Source: Dicyema japonicum (lineage: Eukaryota; Animalia; Dicyemida). Taken from it: DNA of 64,000 bases. Every line of letters starts with the position of its first letter. Positions within the stretch are counted from its first letter, which is position 1. Shown here piece by piece: positions 1 through 13,004 of this stretch. A program made the translations under genes and the position numbers. The stretch lies in contig RDEW01000008.1 of assembly GCA_011109175.1 (NCBI GenBank), positions 511,698 through 575,697 on the forward strand, in the 5' to 3' direction. The notes below the pieces were generated by a model. That model was not told the DNA's origin. It made no database searches and was given only the letters and a program-made list of their open reading frames with translations.

Positions 1-244
1 AGAAGGGCTATACAGCGGGCTGCGTGGCTATTCCTTCTCATGATTGAGAGCGAGATTCACTCAATATTTAGATAATTTAATTCTTATCCAAAAAAGAAAA
101 TTAATCAAACTTATTCACACATGCTTATTTAGGTCTATTATTTGGGATTATGAAAATTAATTCGATTTTTTTACTATTAACAAATTTATTAAGCAAAGAA
201 ATAGTTAGGGAAGTTAATTTTGCTCCTTTTTACCTCCTTGTGGC

Positions 245-505
245 AGCGTTTTCGGGACGCCTCTTTCCCTTTGCCATGTCCTGTCATTAACGGAGGATCT
301 TTTTAATTACATCCTCTGGATCCTCGAAATCCGTATTTCCTCTTTCCCGCAATGGTGCTCTATAAGACATTCTCAAAGCCGGACCTTCCTCAGATTAACG
401 AGGCATTTTCGTGTGTGATACCAGGAGTGCGCACCATAGGTGAGCATAGGCAATACCATGGCGTTGAACATTTTGACCCAGGCATCACGGCTCAGTTGAA
501 AATCC
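245..505 (-). mobile_element. Degenerate RTE-like LINE 3' fragment (post-RT region)
   Basis: Minus-strand translation MVLPMLTYGAHSW resembles the (L)RPxLTYGxETW motif after LINE RT domains, followed by a GKRGVPK segment resembling the RTE GRPxxxW region; contains stops. Confidence 0.5.
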
Positions 506-619
506 TTCATAATAATAATAATAAAGCCTTTTCACGAGAGCCATAGTATTTATAGCTCCGCATAGGCAGGACACACGCTTTATTTAAGTAAAGAACAGTT
601 AATTTTAACTAATCGTAGA

Positions 620-836
620 ACCAAGGAATGATCTTCACTTCTTTTTTTTTTTTCTTGTGTGAGTGTCCTTTCCAGACAATCCAGTTCCGCAGTGAGAATT
701 CACTGATGACGGCGTCACTCGTCAAACCCTTTCTGCATCGTAGATGCGTAGAACCTTCCACCAGGTGAACAGCAGCGAGATTCGAACCCGTAGCCTAAGC
801 CACTTAAGCCCGACACCTAACCACTAAGCCACCTGA
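620..836 (-). mobile_element. tRNA-derived SINE-like element, copy 1
   Basis: Minus strand starts GGTGGCTTAGTGGTTAGG (Pol III A-box) and has GGGTTCGAATC (B-box); anticodon and acceptor stems do not close, so not a tRNA. Body (CCAGTTCCGCAGTGA...TGATGACGGCGTCA...GTCAA) and A-rich tail are shared with 63620-63830. Confidence 0.65.
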
Positions 837-1199
837 AAATCCTTCATCACATTCTATATTCACACAGCCCACATATTAACGAGGGCAGTGTGCTTCTGGA
901 AAAAACTACACTTGGAGTTGAAAGTCACTCCAAGGTGCCTCATCCGCCCGGTAACCTTTAAAGGAACCCCATAGATGGTCACACTAAACAGCCACTCAAT
1001 TATTTCAGCTGGTTTATTTTGATTGCTACGTAATAAATTATTTGTCCTTTAAAAAATGCCATAATGTTTCATTTTACAAGGAATAGCGTGGATTATGATG
1101 CAGTTCTTTTGCGAGAAGACCGAAGAGCATCCATCTCAAATCAGTGATCTCGAGACTCAAAGGACAAGTGGAAAAATAATTATATAAAGTTTTCTTATT

Positions 1200-1900
1200 T
1201 TTTCCTTGGCCAATTCAATCCGAGCATTTCCTCAGCTGCCTTCAATGAACGGAGTCAATCTTCTGTTCTTCAGCCTTGGACATCGCCCACGTTGATGTAT
1301 TATATAATAGGACTAGTTTAACAAGGGCATTGTATAGCCTTAGCCGGAATGATGTACTTGATCTTCTTCCGTCAATCCAGTTCTTTTTAACTTTGATCAG
1401 AGGAGCTGTAACGAGGGTCTTTCATCTAACGACGTCCTCACTGTCTTTAAGTAAGGAGACAAGCTCATTGGTCTTCCCCCATTATTCATCCGATCCTCGA
1501 TAAGTCTATTCCAAGGATTGTAGTTGTGTTTTGGTATCTTTGGGTTACAATGTGGCTCCATACTATATTCTTCGTCGATCTCCCACTCCTGAATCCACTA
1601 TGACCATGATTAGTCGGGTACTCTCTTTATCCAATGTGTTTTCTAGTAATCTCAGTTCTTTTTGTTCTTTTATAAGTTTTTTTTACATCGGGGAAAGTTT
1701 TGTCTTTGTGTAGTGCTGGACTCTGTGACATCTCATCAGCCACAGAGAAGATTCCATCTTTAATGGCAGTCCAAATCCCTTCAAGAAGGATCAATTTTGT
1801 CGATAATCTTCTTAATGGATATATCCCTTCATCTGTGCGGATGTGCATAGTTGTTCAGTCTTATATTTTCTGTCTTTTCACGGACTTTCCCTGTGGCGGT
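1200..1900 (-). mobile_element. RTE-like LINE RT C-terminal fragment
   Basis: Minus translation LRLYNALVKLVLLYNTSTWAMSKAEEQKIDSVH matches the RTE copy at 6796-7335 (LLYDSVIKPVLLYNAGTW...EKLDSFH); stops and frameshifts. Confidence 0.65.
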
Positions 1901-2199
1901 GTCTTCATAAGAAAGCGAGCGGAAACTATCTTATGGTTACTGTTAGTCCCCCTCCATTGACCTCAAAGACAACAAGAGCCTTTTTTCTTCTGAGCAGCAT
2001 TAGATGTAGTCTATTGGACTAAAAATGTTGACTATTTTCCCCGTGGAACAAATTCTTCTTCCATCCACGTAGTTTTATGACGAGTGGGATGTTGAAAGCA
2101 AGTGTTGTATAAAAGGAGACCAAATGCTTGGCAGAAGTTGGCCAGTGTTGACTCAGGGAAGTTTCTTATTCCTCTTCAGTGTCGACCGATAAAAGCATC

Positions 2200-2903
2200 A
2201 TCTTATTTTCGGACTCCTACCTTCGCATTCAATCTCCGTTCAATCACACCTAAACCGGGTATGTGATTGGAAATATGTTATGTGTGTCAGCATCTAAATC
2301 CCAGTTCACCACTTTCACTACTGATAGAAGATTTAAGAATGGACTCGAACTGTTTTTTGGAGATACTTCTATCCCTTCTACGCAGATCCAAAAGATCCTT
2401 GGGGTAGTTTTCGACTCTCTGATGACGTTCTCGAGTCACGTGGAAGAGGTGCTTGCCAAGGGTCTTTGGAAATGAAACATTTTAAAAACGATCATAAAGA
2501 AGAGCCCTTTCTCATCTGCTGTTTGTGTCAGCAAGGTCTACCAACAAGTCATTGTGCCTATATGCCTGCTCCGCCTGAAAATTCGCTATTCCCTCTTCAA
2601 GAATTGATTGTTTGAACTCTCAGGCGGAAAATTATGCACCATACTGACATCTCTATTGGCGGCCTCGTTTCTGATGAGGCGACGTTGAAGAATGGCCAGG
2701 ATTTCCTACGTTTTTGCAAGGAACTGGGAAACCCATTCAAGAAAAAGGTGGCCAATAGAGAGGAATTTCGGCCGATTATAAAAAAGTGCACGTCGATTGA
2801 ATTCCTATGCAGAAGGAAGAGAAGCTTTCGGAATGCGGTTGGGTCATCAAAAAACCAGACTAAGAGAGTTCGGATGTTGTTGGAGGCTGGGATCACCTAA
2901 TTA
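2200..2903 (+). mobile_element. Jockey/I-like LINE 3' fragment (GIT-ending family)
   Basis: ORF 2263-2475 has KILGVVFDSLMTFSSHV (RT thumb motif); ORF 2634-2900 ends LLEAGIT-stop, like the copy at 13008. Confidence 0.7.
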
Positions 2904-2989
2904 GGTAGTTTTGACTTATTTTTCTTGGTGGTCTTGGAGTTAAATCAATTAATAAATGAAAATCATCCTATGTGAAGATTAAAGTTACG

Positions 2990-3445
2990 TCATTGTCCTC
3001 CCCAATTCCTCATAGAACTAATCAAGTTCTTCTGGATTCCTCATAACACAGCACTGTGTGAAGCATATATATTTATGATTGTAGTAAGTCTCCTTGAATC
3101 TTTACTAGGATCCATTCTTAATTGCAATACACAGATTCTGTCGTTAACTTTCCAGTATCTGTACAAACATGGTACAAGGTTCTTAAGTATTGCAAATCCT
3201 TGACCATGGTGTTTTGAATCCGAAGGAAGCAACATTAACACACGTACAATCCCTCTACCATTTTAGTTTCCTGCAGGCAGCATACAGGTGCGCGATATTT
3301 TTGAATGTCCGAACACAAAGTGCGCCTCTTCGTCAAATCTTTAAGTCTTCTGATTTTGAAATTAAGAAGGATTAGTTCATTTTGAAGTCTCAAACGCTTT
3401 TTAGACATTTTTGCAATTGGGGTACGTCACCACCTCAGCCAAAAA
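2990..3445 (-). mobile_element. RTE-like LINE 5' fragment (AP endonuclease)
   Basis: HGQGFAI...YWKVNDRICVLQL...TIINIYASH matches the EN segments at 62055-62355; shares the ACGTCACCACCTC motif with 62575-62590. Confidence 0.7.
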
Positions 3446-4618
3446 TGATCAATTGAGGTATATTAAAATTCACCAAACTATCAAAACGGAAAATAAGTTA
3501 AGTTTTGAGTGAATATGCCACGTGTTCCTATAACAATTTTACTAAATTACCATTAGCATCAGATTTGGCATAAATCACAAGACTTTACCGACAAACCAAT
3601 GCATTGTGGAATACGTCTTAGCCTCGTCAAGATGCGAAAAAATCGACACATTATATTAAAAGAACCTATGCATACTGTGCTCCCAAACAGGAATACCCGT
3701 CGAACCCTAACTTACGGACCTTCGACTCGCAACTAGTTTTCTCCTTGTCCGCTTCGTCATAGTGTATCTGTGAGGAAGAAAATCGATCAGCTCAGAAATT
3801 CTTAGAAATTCAGGGTGATGCTAAGGGGACATTATGTGAAACACAGTAATTAAACACTTAACTAACTTGTCAATATTTAGCTAACTGGCAGAGCTACTTT
3901 CGATCTTCCAGTAAGTTTCCCCATTTCACTTTTATGGAAGGAGTTCAACCTTTATGCATTATCTTTTGTGTTCACCCAAACCTCAGTGCTATATACAATA
4001 TGGCTTCACAATGGGTTCAACAGTGATGCTTTTGGATTTTAATTCATTGTTGCATAATTAACATTTTCTTCAAATAGTCTTCCTTGTCTCATAAGGAAGA
4101 TTTGAGTTTTTTATCGCGTCTCTACTTTTCTTTGAGTGTGTTGCCCATTTTTACTTTCTGTTAACCTCATTTAGTCTATTAATTCTAAATAATTTTCTAA
4201 TATAAGTTTTACTTCAGGGTCGGCATAAACCCGGGAGCGATCGGAGCATAGACATTGATGATAGAGATGACATAATTAGTTTCGTTCGGAACTTGAGTTG
4301 TATGACTGCAATACGATGTGGGAAAGCAAATACAAGCGTCATAAGGTCATAAAAATATTTGACAGCAAAAACTGACCCCATGGATTGATGAATCACGTCC
4401 AAGTATATGATTTTGGTAATGAACTTCAAACCTCGAGTGTTGAAAGTACCGAGGGAGAAGACATATTTTTATTTATTTAATAGAAGACATATTTTCAAAG
4501 TTATCATCACCGTAAGATAAATGTATTATTAAAAATAATTAATTTTAATAAAATAAATAAATTTAATAATTTTTTGAATTCATTTAAACGTAAAGGCGCC
4601 TACTAGGTTATTCTTTAA

Positions 4619-5588
4619 ATGTGTGACGGTCCTCAAGATTTACAAAAGTATTATAAAATTCAATTGTAGGGAAATTGCTTTCAACTCATTTTCAATTGGA
4701 AGACCTCTTGGTACTGGTCGATTTGGCCACGTGTATCTAGCAAAGGAAAAGAAGTATAATTTCATCTGCGCACTCAAAGTTAGCTTTAATTCACGATTCC
4801 AGATCATCTTCAAATCACAAATCATTACCAATGACCTCGTCCTCCAATTCCGCAGAGAAATCGAAAATCAGCTTCACCTTAAGTGAGTTCCTTTCTAACC
4901 CAAGACACCCCAACATTCTCCGTCTCTACCAGTTTTTTGACGACAGCGACAAAATTTTCATGGTTCTTGAATATGCCATCCACGGTGAACTGTACACCAT
5001 CCTGCTAAAAAAGAAGAGACTCAGTCACCACGAAAGCACTAGGATAATATGCCAGGTTATTTCTGCTCTGCGGTACTGTCATGCAAGGGGGGTAATTCAT
5101 CGAGACTTAAAACCGGAAAATATTTTGATGGGAAACAACTACAGCGTGAAGATAGCCGACTTTGGCTGGTCTGTGCACTCCCCCCAGACCGTGTATGAAG
5201 GATTCATTACTTTATAGGAGGAGTACTCGCTGTGGTACCCCTGATTACATGGCTCCGGAGATTGTGATTGGCCAACCGTATGACAAAATGGTCGATGTCT
5301 GGAGTGTGGGAGTTCTCACATATGAGGTGCTGTCAGGATCGGCTCCCTTCTCTGGTAAGGACAACCGGGAGACCTTTCATAATATTTCTTGTGTCAAATT
5401 TGGTTATTCTGACTATTATTTTACCTCTAATTCTAAGGACTTTATATCAAAGGTAGGGATTGTGGGGAATTTAGATATTGATGAACCCTCCAAGGTCTAG
5501 GATGAACTTCGATGCGATGTTTGAACATCCTTGGCTGGTTAATAATGGTGGGGATTACATTCAGGCGGCTATTGCTAACTCATCGTGA
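4619..5588 (+). CDS. AURK: Aurora-family Ser/Thr kinase, 6 exons, 284 aa
   Basis: GT-AG introns 4648-4669, 4779-4802, 4883-4904, 5193-5217, 5453-5474 (22,24,22,25,22 nt). Spliced CDS is 855 nt with no stop and contains IGRPLGTGRFGHVYLAKE, RREIENQLHLKHPNILRLY, IHRDLKPENIL, IADFGWSVH, CGTPDYMAPE and EHPW, which are Aurora signature motifs. Confidence 0.93.
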
Positions 5589-6369
5589 TTAATTTAAATT
5601 ATGTTTGTTACTTATTTTTGTGTTAGGGATATGGTTTTTAATTTTGAATTATTCTTGGTTGAGTTCATGCGGTCGGGGTACTCCTTTACTAATAATATCT
5701 ACTGAGTATTCCAGGTTAGTAGTAGTTCGCTTATTGGTGAGAAGGATGAGTTGATGATTTTGTTAGTCTACATCTGTGTCTGATGTAACCTTCTTACTTC
5801 TTCACATAGACGATATGGTAGAGTTGAGCACTCTTCCTTCTATTGATCATCAGTGTTTAGGTTTGAGTTTTTGATTATTTTAATGATATTGGTATTTTAA
5901 TATTTCATTGGTAAGCTAACGCTTATTCGCTAATTAGTTGAAGATTAAGTTAGTGAGGGAGTTCTCTTCAACCCCTATGGGGATCCCACCAATTCTGTTT
6001 TGCACTTCTTCAGAGTGTCCTTTAAATCAATGTAGTCTCTTACAATATAGCTTGATATAGTAAAACATTGAGAATTTGCTATTTTTGAGACAGTAAAAAA
6101 AGGAGTAGAATATATTTTTAAATCTGTTAATAACCCTTTAATTTCAGCTATTTATTATTTCAAAATTTTGTAAAAACGATCTTTATGATATCAAATAATT
6201 TTAAGGTCCACGAGGGATCAGTCCCTGCCTTGAAGAGGTCGAAAATAAATGATTTAAAATGAAGCGTAAATAACATTTTGGGGATATTAGCTCATGACTG
6301 GTCAACGAATTAGAGGAGTACGAAAATCCACTTTTAAAAAATGAATTTGTTAAAATAAGGAAACAATCT

Positions 6370-6560
6370 GAGCGTCATAAAGTAGCCGACATGACTGCCT
6401 GCCTATTCCTCTCAAGATGGCGAGCGAGATTCGCTCAAATATCTAGCGGCGCTCACGGACATCTTCTATACGTATAGAAATCCGGTTCCCTAGACGGAAT
6501 TCCAGCGTCGAAGGCGCAATGGAACCAGAATTTCCTACTGCTAGAACAAGCATGTCATCA
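6370..6560 (-). mobile_element. CRE-like retrotransposon C-terminal remnant
   Basis: Minus translation GNRISIRIEDVRERR*IFERISLAILRG matches the C-terminus of the copy at 17205-17498 (DPRETGWFRERISMAIVRGN). Confidence 0.55.
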
Positions 6561-6689
6561 AATGCGTTTAATAAGTCATCCAAATTTATAATTCTTTAAT
6601 CTTACTTTGATGTTAATTGGATTACTAATAACCTGTATCATTTATTTAAGCACTTCACGAATATACTAGCCCCGCATGTGCAGCAAAAG

Positions 6690-9490
6690 AAACAAGGTTA
6701 GATGTCAGCCTTTTCCATGCTCCCCTGTTCCTAACATAGTATTCTAACATAGTATGTTTCCATAGATATGTTCGGTGGGGATGTTAATTCCATCCTCAGC
6801 ACGTGTCCGAAGAACTCCATTGGGATTCCAGTACTTCTAAGCTGATATGTCTAGTGCTGCATCTTATATATAAAGCATTTCTCGATATTCTCGTTGGCCA
6901 AGTAGTTCCTGTTATTTTTCTCAGCTGACCTCTGTGGAACGAGTCTAGTTTTTCCATATCCGCTGATGAGGTTGCCCAAGTTCCAGCGTTATATAAAAGT
7001 ACGGGTTTTATGACTGAGTCGTATAATAGGATTCTCATTTTCGTGTCGATACCTCTTTGATTGAGCCATAGATTCTTCAGTTTATATAGCGCAGCATTGG
7101 CTAGAGTTTTCCTAAGTAAAATATCTTCGCTATCTCCCATAAGTGAACCGAGTTTTTTTACTTGTCGCCACTTCTCTTCTAGGACGTTACTCATCATTCT
7201 TATCTCTGTGAGTTCTGTTTTCTCTCTGTTCACAGTAAGAAACCATTTCCCTAGTACATCTGGTGCTTTTTCTAATAGGTTTTCCAGGACCTCTTTGTCT
7301 TCAGAAATTAGGTCTACATCGTCCGCGTAGATCACTTCTTCCGTCTTTCATTGATATACGGTCTAAGTTCCCTCATAGGGGCTTCCAAATAAATTGTGAA
7401 TAGTAAAGGAGAAAGGGAGTCTCCTTGTGGAGAAGCCGTGTTTGTTTCAAATTTTCTTGAATAGGTCTTTCCGACTCTCACAAAGAGCTCAGTGTTAAAA
7501 AGTAGAATTTAGTTTCGACTCATCAAGAAATCCGCTAGTACCCCATTAATTCGTTTTTGTTAACCGCATCAAAAACTCTTGATAGGTCAATTCCCAGAAT
7601 ATTGGTGGCGTTACGGTATCTTTGATATGCTGCACACCTCCATCTGTGACTCCAGACCGAATCAGATGTGGATCTCCCTTCTCGAAAACCACTTTTACTA
7701 TCAGGTAGGTATTTGTAAGCAGATCCTTTTATTTGTTCAAGCACAATGTTTGCCAAGACTTTGCGTATTGAATTTAGTAGTATGATGGGTCGCAAATTTT
7801 CGAGCGGTCCTATGGTTTTGTTGATTTTTTGTACAAGGATTAGTAGTTCCGTACCCAGAGGTAAAGTTGAGTTAGTTGAAAACATTTCATTTAGTAGTGT
7901 AGCGATTTTTCCAAAAAGAGCGTCAGGGCCGTATTTCAGTAATTCTGGGTTTATCGCATCTGGTCCGGGGCTTCTGTTATTCTTGAGTTTTCGGCAGGCC
8001 GTTTTGATTTTCTCGGCCGTGATTGGTATCTCCAGGAGTCTTGGCCTTCCATCAAATAAGTAGATTTCTATGGATTTGATGTTGAGAAGCTTCTCAAAGT
8101 GAGCCGCGATGGCTTCAGTTTGTTCTTCGGTGTTCAGTATCAGCTTACCGTTATCGTCTTTTATGGTTAGTCGACTTCGGTTTGTTTGCCGCAGCAAACG
8201 GGCAGCGACGTACACCTGTGCGTTGCCTCTCACTTTGTTTACCTCTAGCTATTTTTTCTAGGAAAAGCATCTTGTTCAGAGCTTTTATTTTTCTTCTGAC
8301 ACGTTGCCTTTTGCCCTGAAGGGCTTTTATCGTATTAGCGTCAGTGACATTTGATTTTCTCATGTTTATTTCTTTTAAACTTTTCGCAAGCTCAAGAACA
8401 TCTGGATGAATAGCCTTCAGGTGCATTTTACTATTCTCCCTTTTGCCAAGACATGCCTCAGCAGCTTCGTTGATGGTGTCCTTTGTGCGTTTCCTGGCGT
8501 CTTCTAACGAGGCATCCACCAATACGTCCTACATACGAGTTTGAATGTATTGTTGATATCTCTCAGTAGTCTCCGGTTGGGAGATCAGCCTTTCAGTCGC
8601 GTAGTCGCCTCTGACTTTCTCAAATTGTGATTTTTGGCATTCTTGTATTTGATGGCATGTTTTTTCAGGATGAAGGTCGTAATATCCATCTTGTGGTCAC
8701 TGCCAGTCGTCGAGCCTTCATATGAACGTTCGTTTATTAGAAGGTGTTTGTCTTTAGCCAGACATATGACATATTGGGACCAGCTTTCCTCTAAGTTCCT
8801 TCGCTTCCCCATCCACGTAGTTTTGTGGCAGGCAGGATGCGTAAATGCAGTATTAAATAGGAAAAGGTTGTTTGCCACACAAAAGTGACCAAGTATTGTC
8901 CCGGGTAGGTTTCTTATTCCACGTCCATGTTCTCCAAGAAAACATCATCCCGGTTATTCTTCATCCCGATTTTCGCATTCAAATCCCAGCAATGATTATT
9001 AGTGATGACGACTCATATTCGTTGAACGTCCGTAACAGTGTTGAATAGAAGTCGTCTAGTTCTGTCGGATCTTTCGCTACTCTCCCGCAGTGTGGCGCAT
9101 AAACATTTATAATTGTCAGAAAGCTCTTCGAAGGAGGTAAGTCGTTTAGACGGATTTGTATAACACAGATCATTCACACTCCATATACGGTAAACTGCAC
9201 TTGGCGAATCCAAGTCCATAATATTTTGAGTCGCTCGGTAGACATATATTCGATATTCGCCATAGTTCTCATCAAGGCTACAAGTAACTTTCGTCTCTTG
9301 TAGGCACCCAATAGATACGTCGTATCTCTCCAGGTCGTCACAGAGAATCTTCCTAGACCAGGTCGTAGATAAGCCTCTAGCATTGAACGTAAGGAGCTTT
9401 AGACAAGAAGTATTCCTTTGTAACCCTTGTTTTTTAGACATTTTTCTCAACTGCGATCCAATTAATAACCTGTTACTTTCTATTTTCATT
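6690..9490 (-). mobile_element. Near full-length RTE-like LINE (AP endonuclease + RT), frameshifted
   Basis: Ordered ORF pieces: LLTFNARGL...GCLQETK, IINVYAPH, SDHKM (endonuclease); KNNRSPGPDAI, LRPIILLN, GFREGRST, DLSRVFD, IYADDVDL (RT). Confidence 0.9.
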
Positions 9491-10784
9491 ATAATTTTTA
9501 TGTATCGGAAAGAAGAAGGAATTTAAATGCTACAAAAATATAAAGTTCCCCCCTCACAAGGGCAGTTCTCGCAAAATTGTTCGAAGGAAAAAGTCAGGAT
9601 GCTCTTGAGTCAATCTTTTCTTCGAACGGACCACACATACCATCTATAAACTTTATCATATTTTGTTGGATAAGCATCCACCTCCCCTTCACAATTTGTG
9701 ATCTGTTTCATTACCCACCACGTTGAGTCCATCGCCTATGTTGGACATTTGATGATTCTGGATTTTTTCCCAAGAAGCAGTGGCGGTTTGAATGACCCAG
9801 CCATTTTAATGACCTTAGTGTTTTGTTTTTGGTGATCTGACAGTCTAAAATTATTTACTATCTCTCACTAATCTGAATTTATCGGAAAAACCTATTGAGG
9901 CAATCTTTCACGTCTTGTTTTCTGGCAACTCGTTCGCCTCTAATAAAAAGTAAGTGGATTCCGTCAAATTACTTCAGACTTTGTCTTAAAAAAACTAGCC
10001 ACCAAAACCATCTGCAAGAGTTCTATTCTCCTAGTTGTTTATTCCCTAAACCTTTCTAAAGTCTGAGTTGGATAAGATGTCCAAACATGTTATCTTGTTC
10101 AGAAGATTCAACATTCGTTTTTCCAAATTTCTATTGGTCTACAAGTCAAAAACTTATGGGGGATTCGATTTGTATCTATTTTTTCTTCTCAACCCTGAAA
10201 TTAGTATAATGTTGTTTGCGAGGAATCTTTCGAAAAGCTGCTGGAGTCTTCGAACCAACACCTCAATGCTTGTCTATTTCTGACTCAATTTTCTCACTTT
10301 TATTTAAGATTCGTGTATCACGTCATTACCGATGGATTGAACGGAGTGTCCGTTTCGTTACGTCTACTCGCTTGCAGGAGGAATGCTGGCAGGGTCCTTA
10401 GGCATAAAACCTTAAACTAAGTCGTTAAATGCGCAACTGGGAGGCCCCTAGTATTTGATGCCACGTGTACAGACGGTTTCGCTTAACAACTTCCCATAGA
10501 GCGTTTATAATGCATGTTCAATTTATGAAAGGCCGTGCATTGAAGTGGCGGAAGTATACTGTTATGTTTGTTCTTGTTGCTGTGGAAACCTTTGGAGGAT
10601 TCTCAAATTTGTCATTGTATTAAATGACTCGGAAATTTTATCTCAGTCCGCGTAGGTGACCTCCGCGGGCGCTGCTGGTTATTCGACCGTAATTTTGGCA
10701 GTCCAGTGATGGAATAGTCAGGGACTGCGACTCCAAAATCTCTAGTTTTTATTTATTTATTTTATTAAGATAAAATTTATCGTC

Positions 10785-11000
10785 CAATTAAGTGATCCCG
10801 GTGTCCATACCAGTCCTTTTCCTGCTGTTAGTTTTGGAGTCCTGGATTAATCTCCACAGAAGAAAAGGTTTCTTTTAATATCTCGGGCAGGCGTCCATAT
10901 ATAGTTTGTTGTGCGGTTTGAGTGGATGGTCAGGGGACTTTGCCATCGTAGGGAAGTACCGGTGACGTTTCGTAAGGTATTCCATGATTGGTGGAACGTT
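10785..11000 (-). mobile_element. LINE 3' end (GIT family)
   Basis: Minus strand ends ATG GAC ACC GGG ATC ACT TAA (MDTGIT-stop) followed by an A-rich tract. Confidence 0.45.
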
Positions 11001-13004
11001 TAGTGTTCTCCGTAGTAACGAGTTTTTTTTTTTTTATGTTATTAAAAATAAGAAAATTTTTATTGAGGAGACTTGAAGATTTTAGACAAAAATCAGAGAC
11101 TTAGAGACAAAAATCACCAGGAAGATAAAAATGGCTATTAGGTGAATATGGCTTCTCTCAGCAACCACCATATCTTAATTCGGTGTTCCTTACTTTGTAC
11201 CCAGGAGGATCAGTAGTTAACGGTCTGCTCAATGTACTGGGTATATAGGGAACCTACGTCTAGAGACAGCTTTTTATTGTCGTGAGTGAAATAACTTTGT
11301 CCAAGTACATAGGGATAACTTCATCCAGTCATAACTAACGGATTAATCTTTGTAACCGTAATGAGAGGACGAGATGATTAAATTGAAGGATTTTAGACGT
11401 ACTATTCATAAATTCAACATTAATACGTTGAAAGAAGATTCATGGTTGCCTATAAGCATAAAAACCGATAACATTTCTTTGAGTTAGTTAACTTCAACCT
11501 CGCTACCTTGTAGGGGGCCGACTGTCTTCAGGTGTCCAACAACTATCTGCTTGACGATTCCACATGTCTTCGATGTCCATCTGAGGTCATTACCAAGAGA
11601 TATCTTTTTGTAAAATCAATGATAATTGGTCCTGTGATGGAAGATAAGAGTCCGACTAGTCTGAGTCATCTATAAATGGTGGAAAAGCATCCAGGAGATC
11701 GTTCCAAACCAGTCTTCGATGATTTTGGTAAAGATGTGGTCACTATTGCCTTTGATTTAATTTTATCGGGAGATGGCTGAAAAATTTTAGCAAATTCAAG
11801 GTCGGAATATCTTTCTGCAGTTATTCGTGAGTCCAGAAGTGGCAGGAATGGTCTGGTTCCGTGGTTTTATTTAAGAATTGAAGGTTCCTCGTGTAGAGGT
11901 AATTTTCCATTTGGATAATGGTGGATTCCCATGGTATGCGTCATCTTCAACACAAAAGATGCAAATAGCCATTTCCACGATTTTTGAGGCTTTTTATCCG
12001 CATGGAAATTAAAATATTGACATCCTTGACTTTTCTGAACTTTATATTAAAAGTCTGAATAATCATAAATTTTCTATTAGGATTTCTAACCGCCATAGAT
12101 CAACATAAACGCCCGACAGCCCAAATAACTGTTCAGCTTTTGAGGCTGCATTCTTATGTACTTTTCTCTCTGCCAATCGGGCTACTGCCATTCGTCTAAG
12201 ATTTAACTTAAAACCTCCAAATTTTTTTCTCCATGAGACAACTTCCAAAGTTTGATGAGTGTGCGAGAAGTGCAGTTTGAATCCCGTGTGGATAAACAAT
12301 AAAATTTCATATGAAAATCTAAACTCCCGAAAAATGATCTTGCAAGGTAAGATACGGACATGATCAGAATCTCCGCTCATACTCGTATATAACTTTGTCT
12401 ACAAAAGGCCCAATTTGTCAAGTATGCAACTACGCTTAAGAGACAAGAATATTTATGGAGGACATTTGGAAAATCTGTTACTAGTTGTTAACTTTCCTCG
12501 ATCAATCGTTTTCATCACGCATTCATAACTCAAGGCCGAATAATAATAACTCCATCCAAAATTGTCTTTAGCTATTCGATGTGTCGCCATTTTATAACTC
12601 CACAAAAATGAATCGAATTAGAGTTCTTTAACCATGGTACTAATATATTTACCTCGATTAACGCCAGCTCGTATCGCAACATTGGTATCGCGGGTCATCT
12701 TCCAGGAAAACCGTTATGCATCCTTTTTGAATATTTTTATGGGGTAATATCCCCATTACATCTTCATTATTTTAAGCAGATTAACCAAATGGAGGAGTGT
12801 CCCAAGTGCAGGGCAATCGCAATCCACGCAGCAGGCTTCCTCAACTGACATTTGTTTAATTGTTAGAAAAATTATTTTGTTTAAAAAAATAAATATAATC
12901 AACTAATTGCTAAAATTATAAAATTGGATAAAAATTCGAAGCATTTTATAAATGCTGCTAAAAAGAACTGAAGAACACCAATAGTTAATTTAATTGTATT
13001 AAAC

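Noticed and set aside
700-730. CTGATGA motifs (here, and near 2672 and 55646) as hammerhead ribozyme cores
   Set aside because: No stem II followed by GAAA and no matching cleavage-site stem.
765-836. Functional tRNA gene
   Set aside because: A/B boxes are present but acceptor and anticodon stems do not form in register; assigned as a SINE head.
7061-8063. Plus-strand ORFs of 70-130 aa overlapping retroelement genes (also 36527-36916, 13052-13294)
   Set aside because: Antisense shadows of RT coding frames with no independent motifs.
10645-10672. CGTAGGTGACCTCCGCGG resembles the 18S rRNA 3' terminus
   Set aside because: Short gapped match with no flanking rRNA similarity; consistent with chance.
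11100-12400. Possible very old LINE
   Set aside because: Only faint motif echoes with inconsistent strand; not supportable without a profile search.
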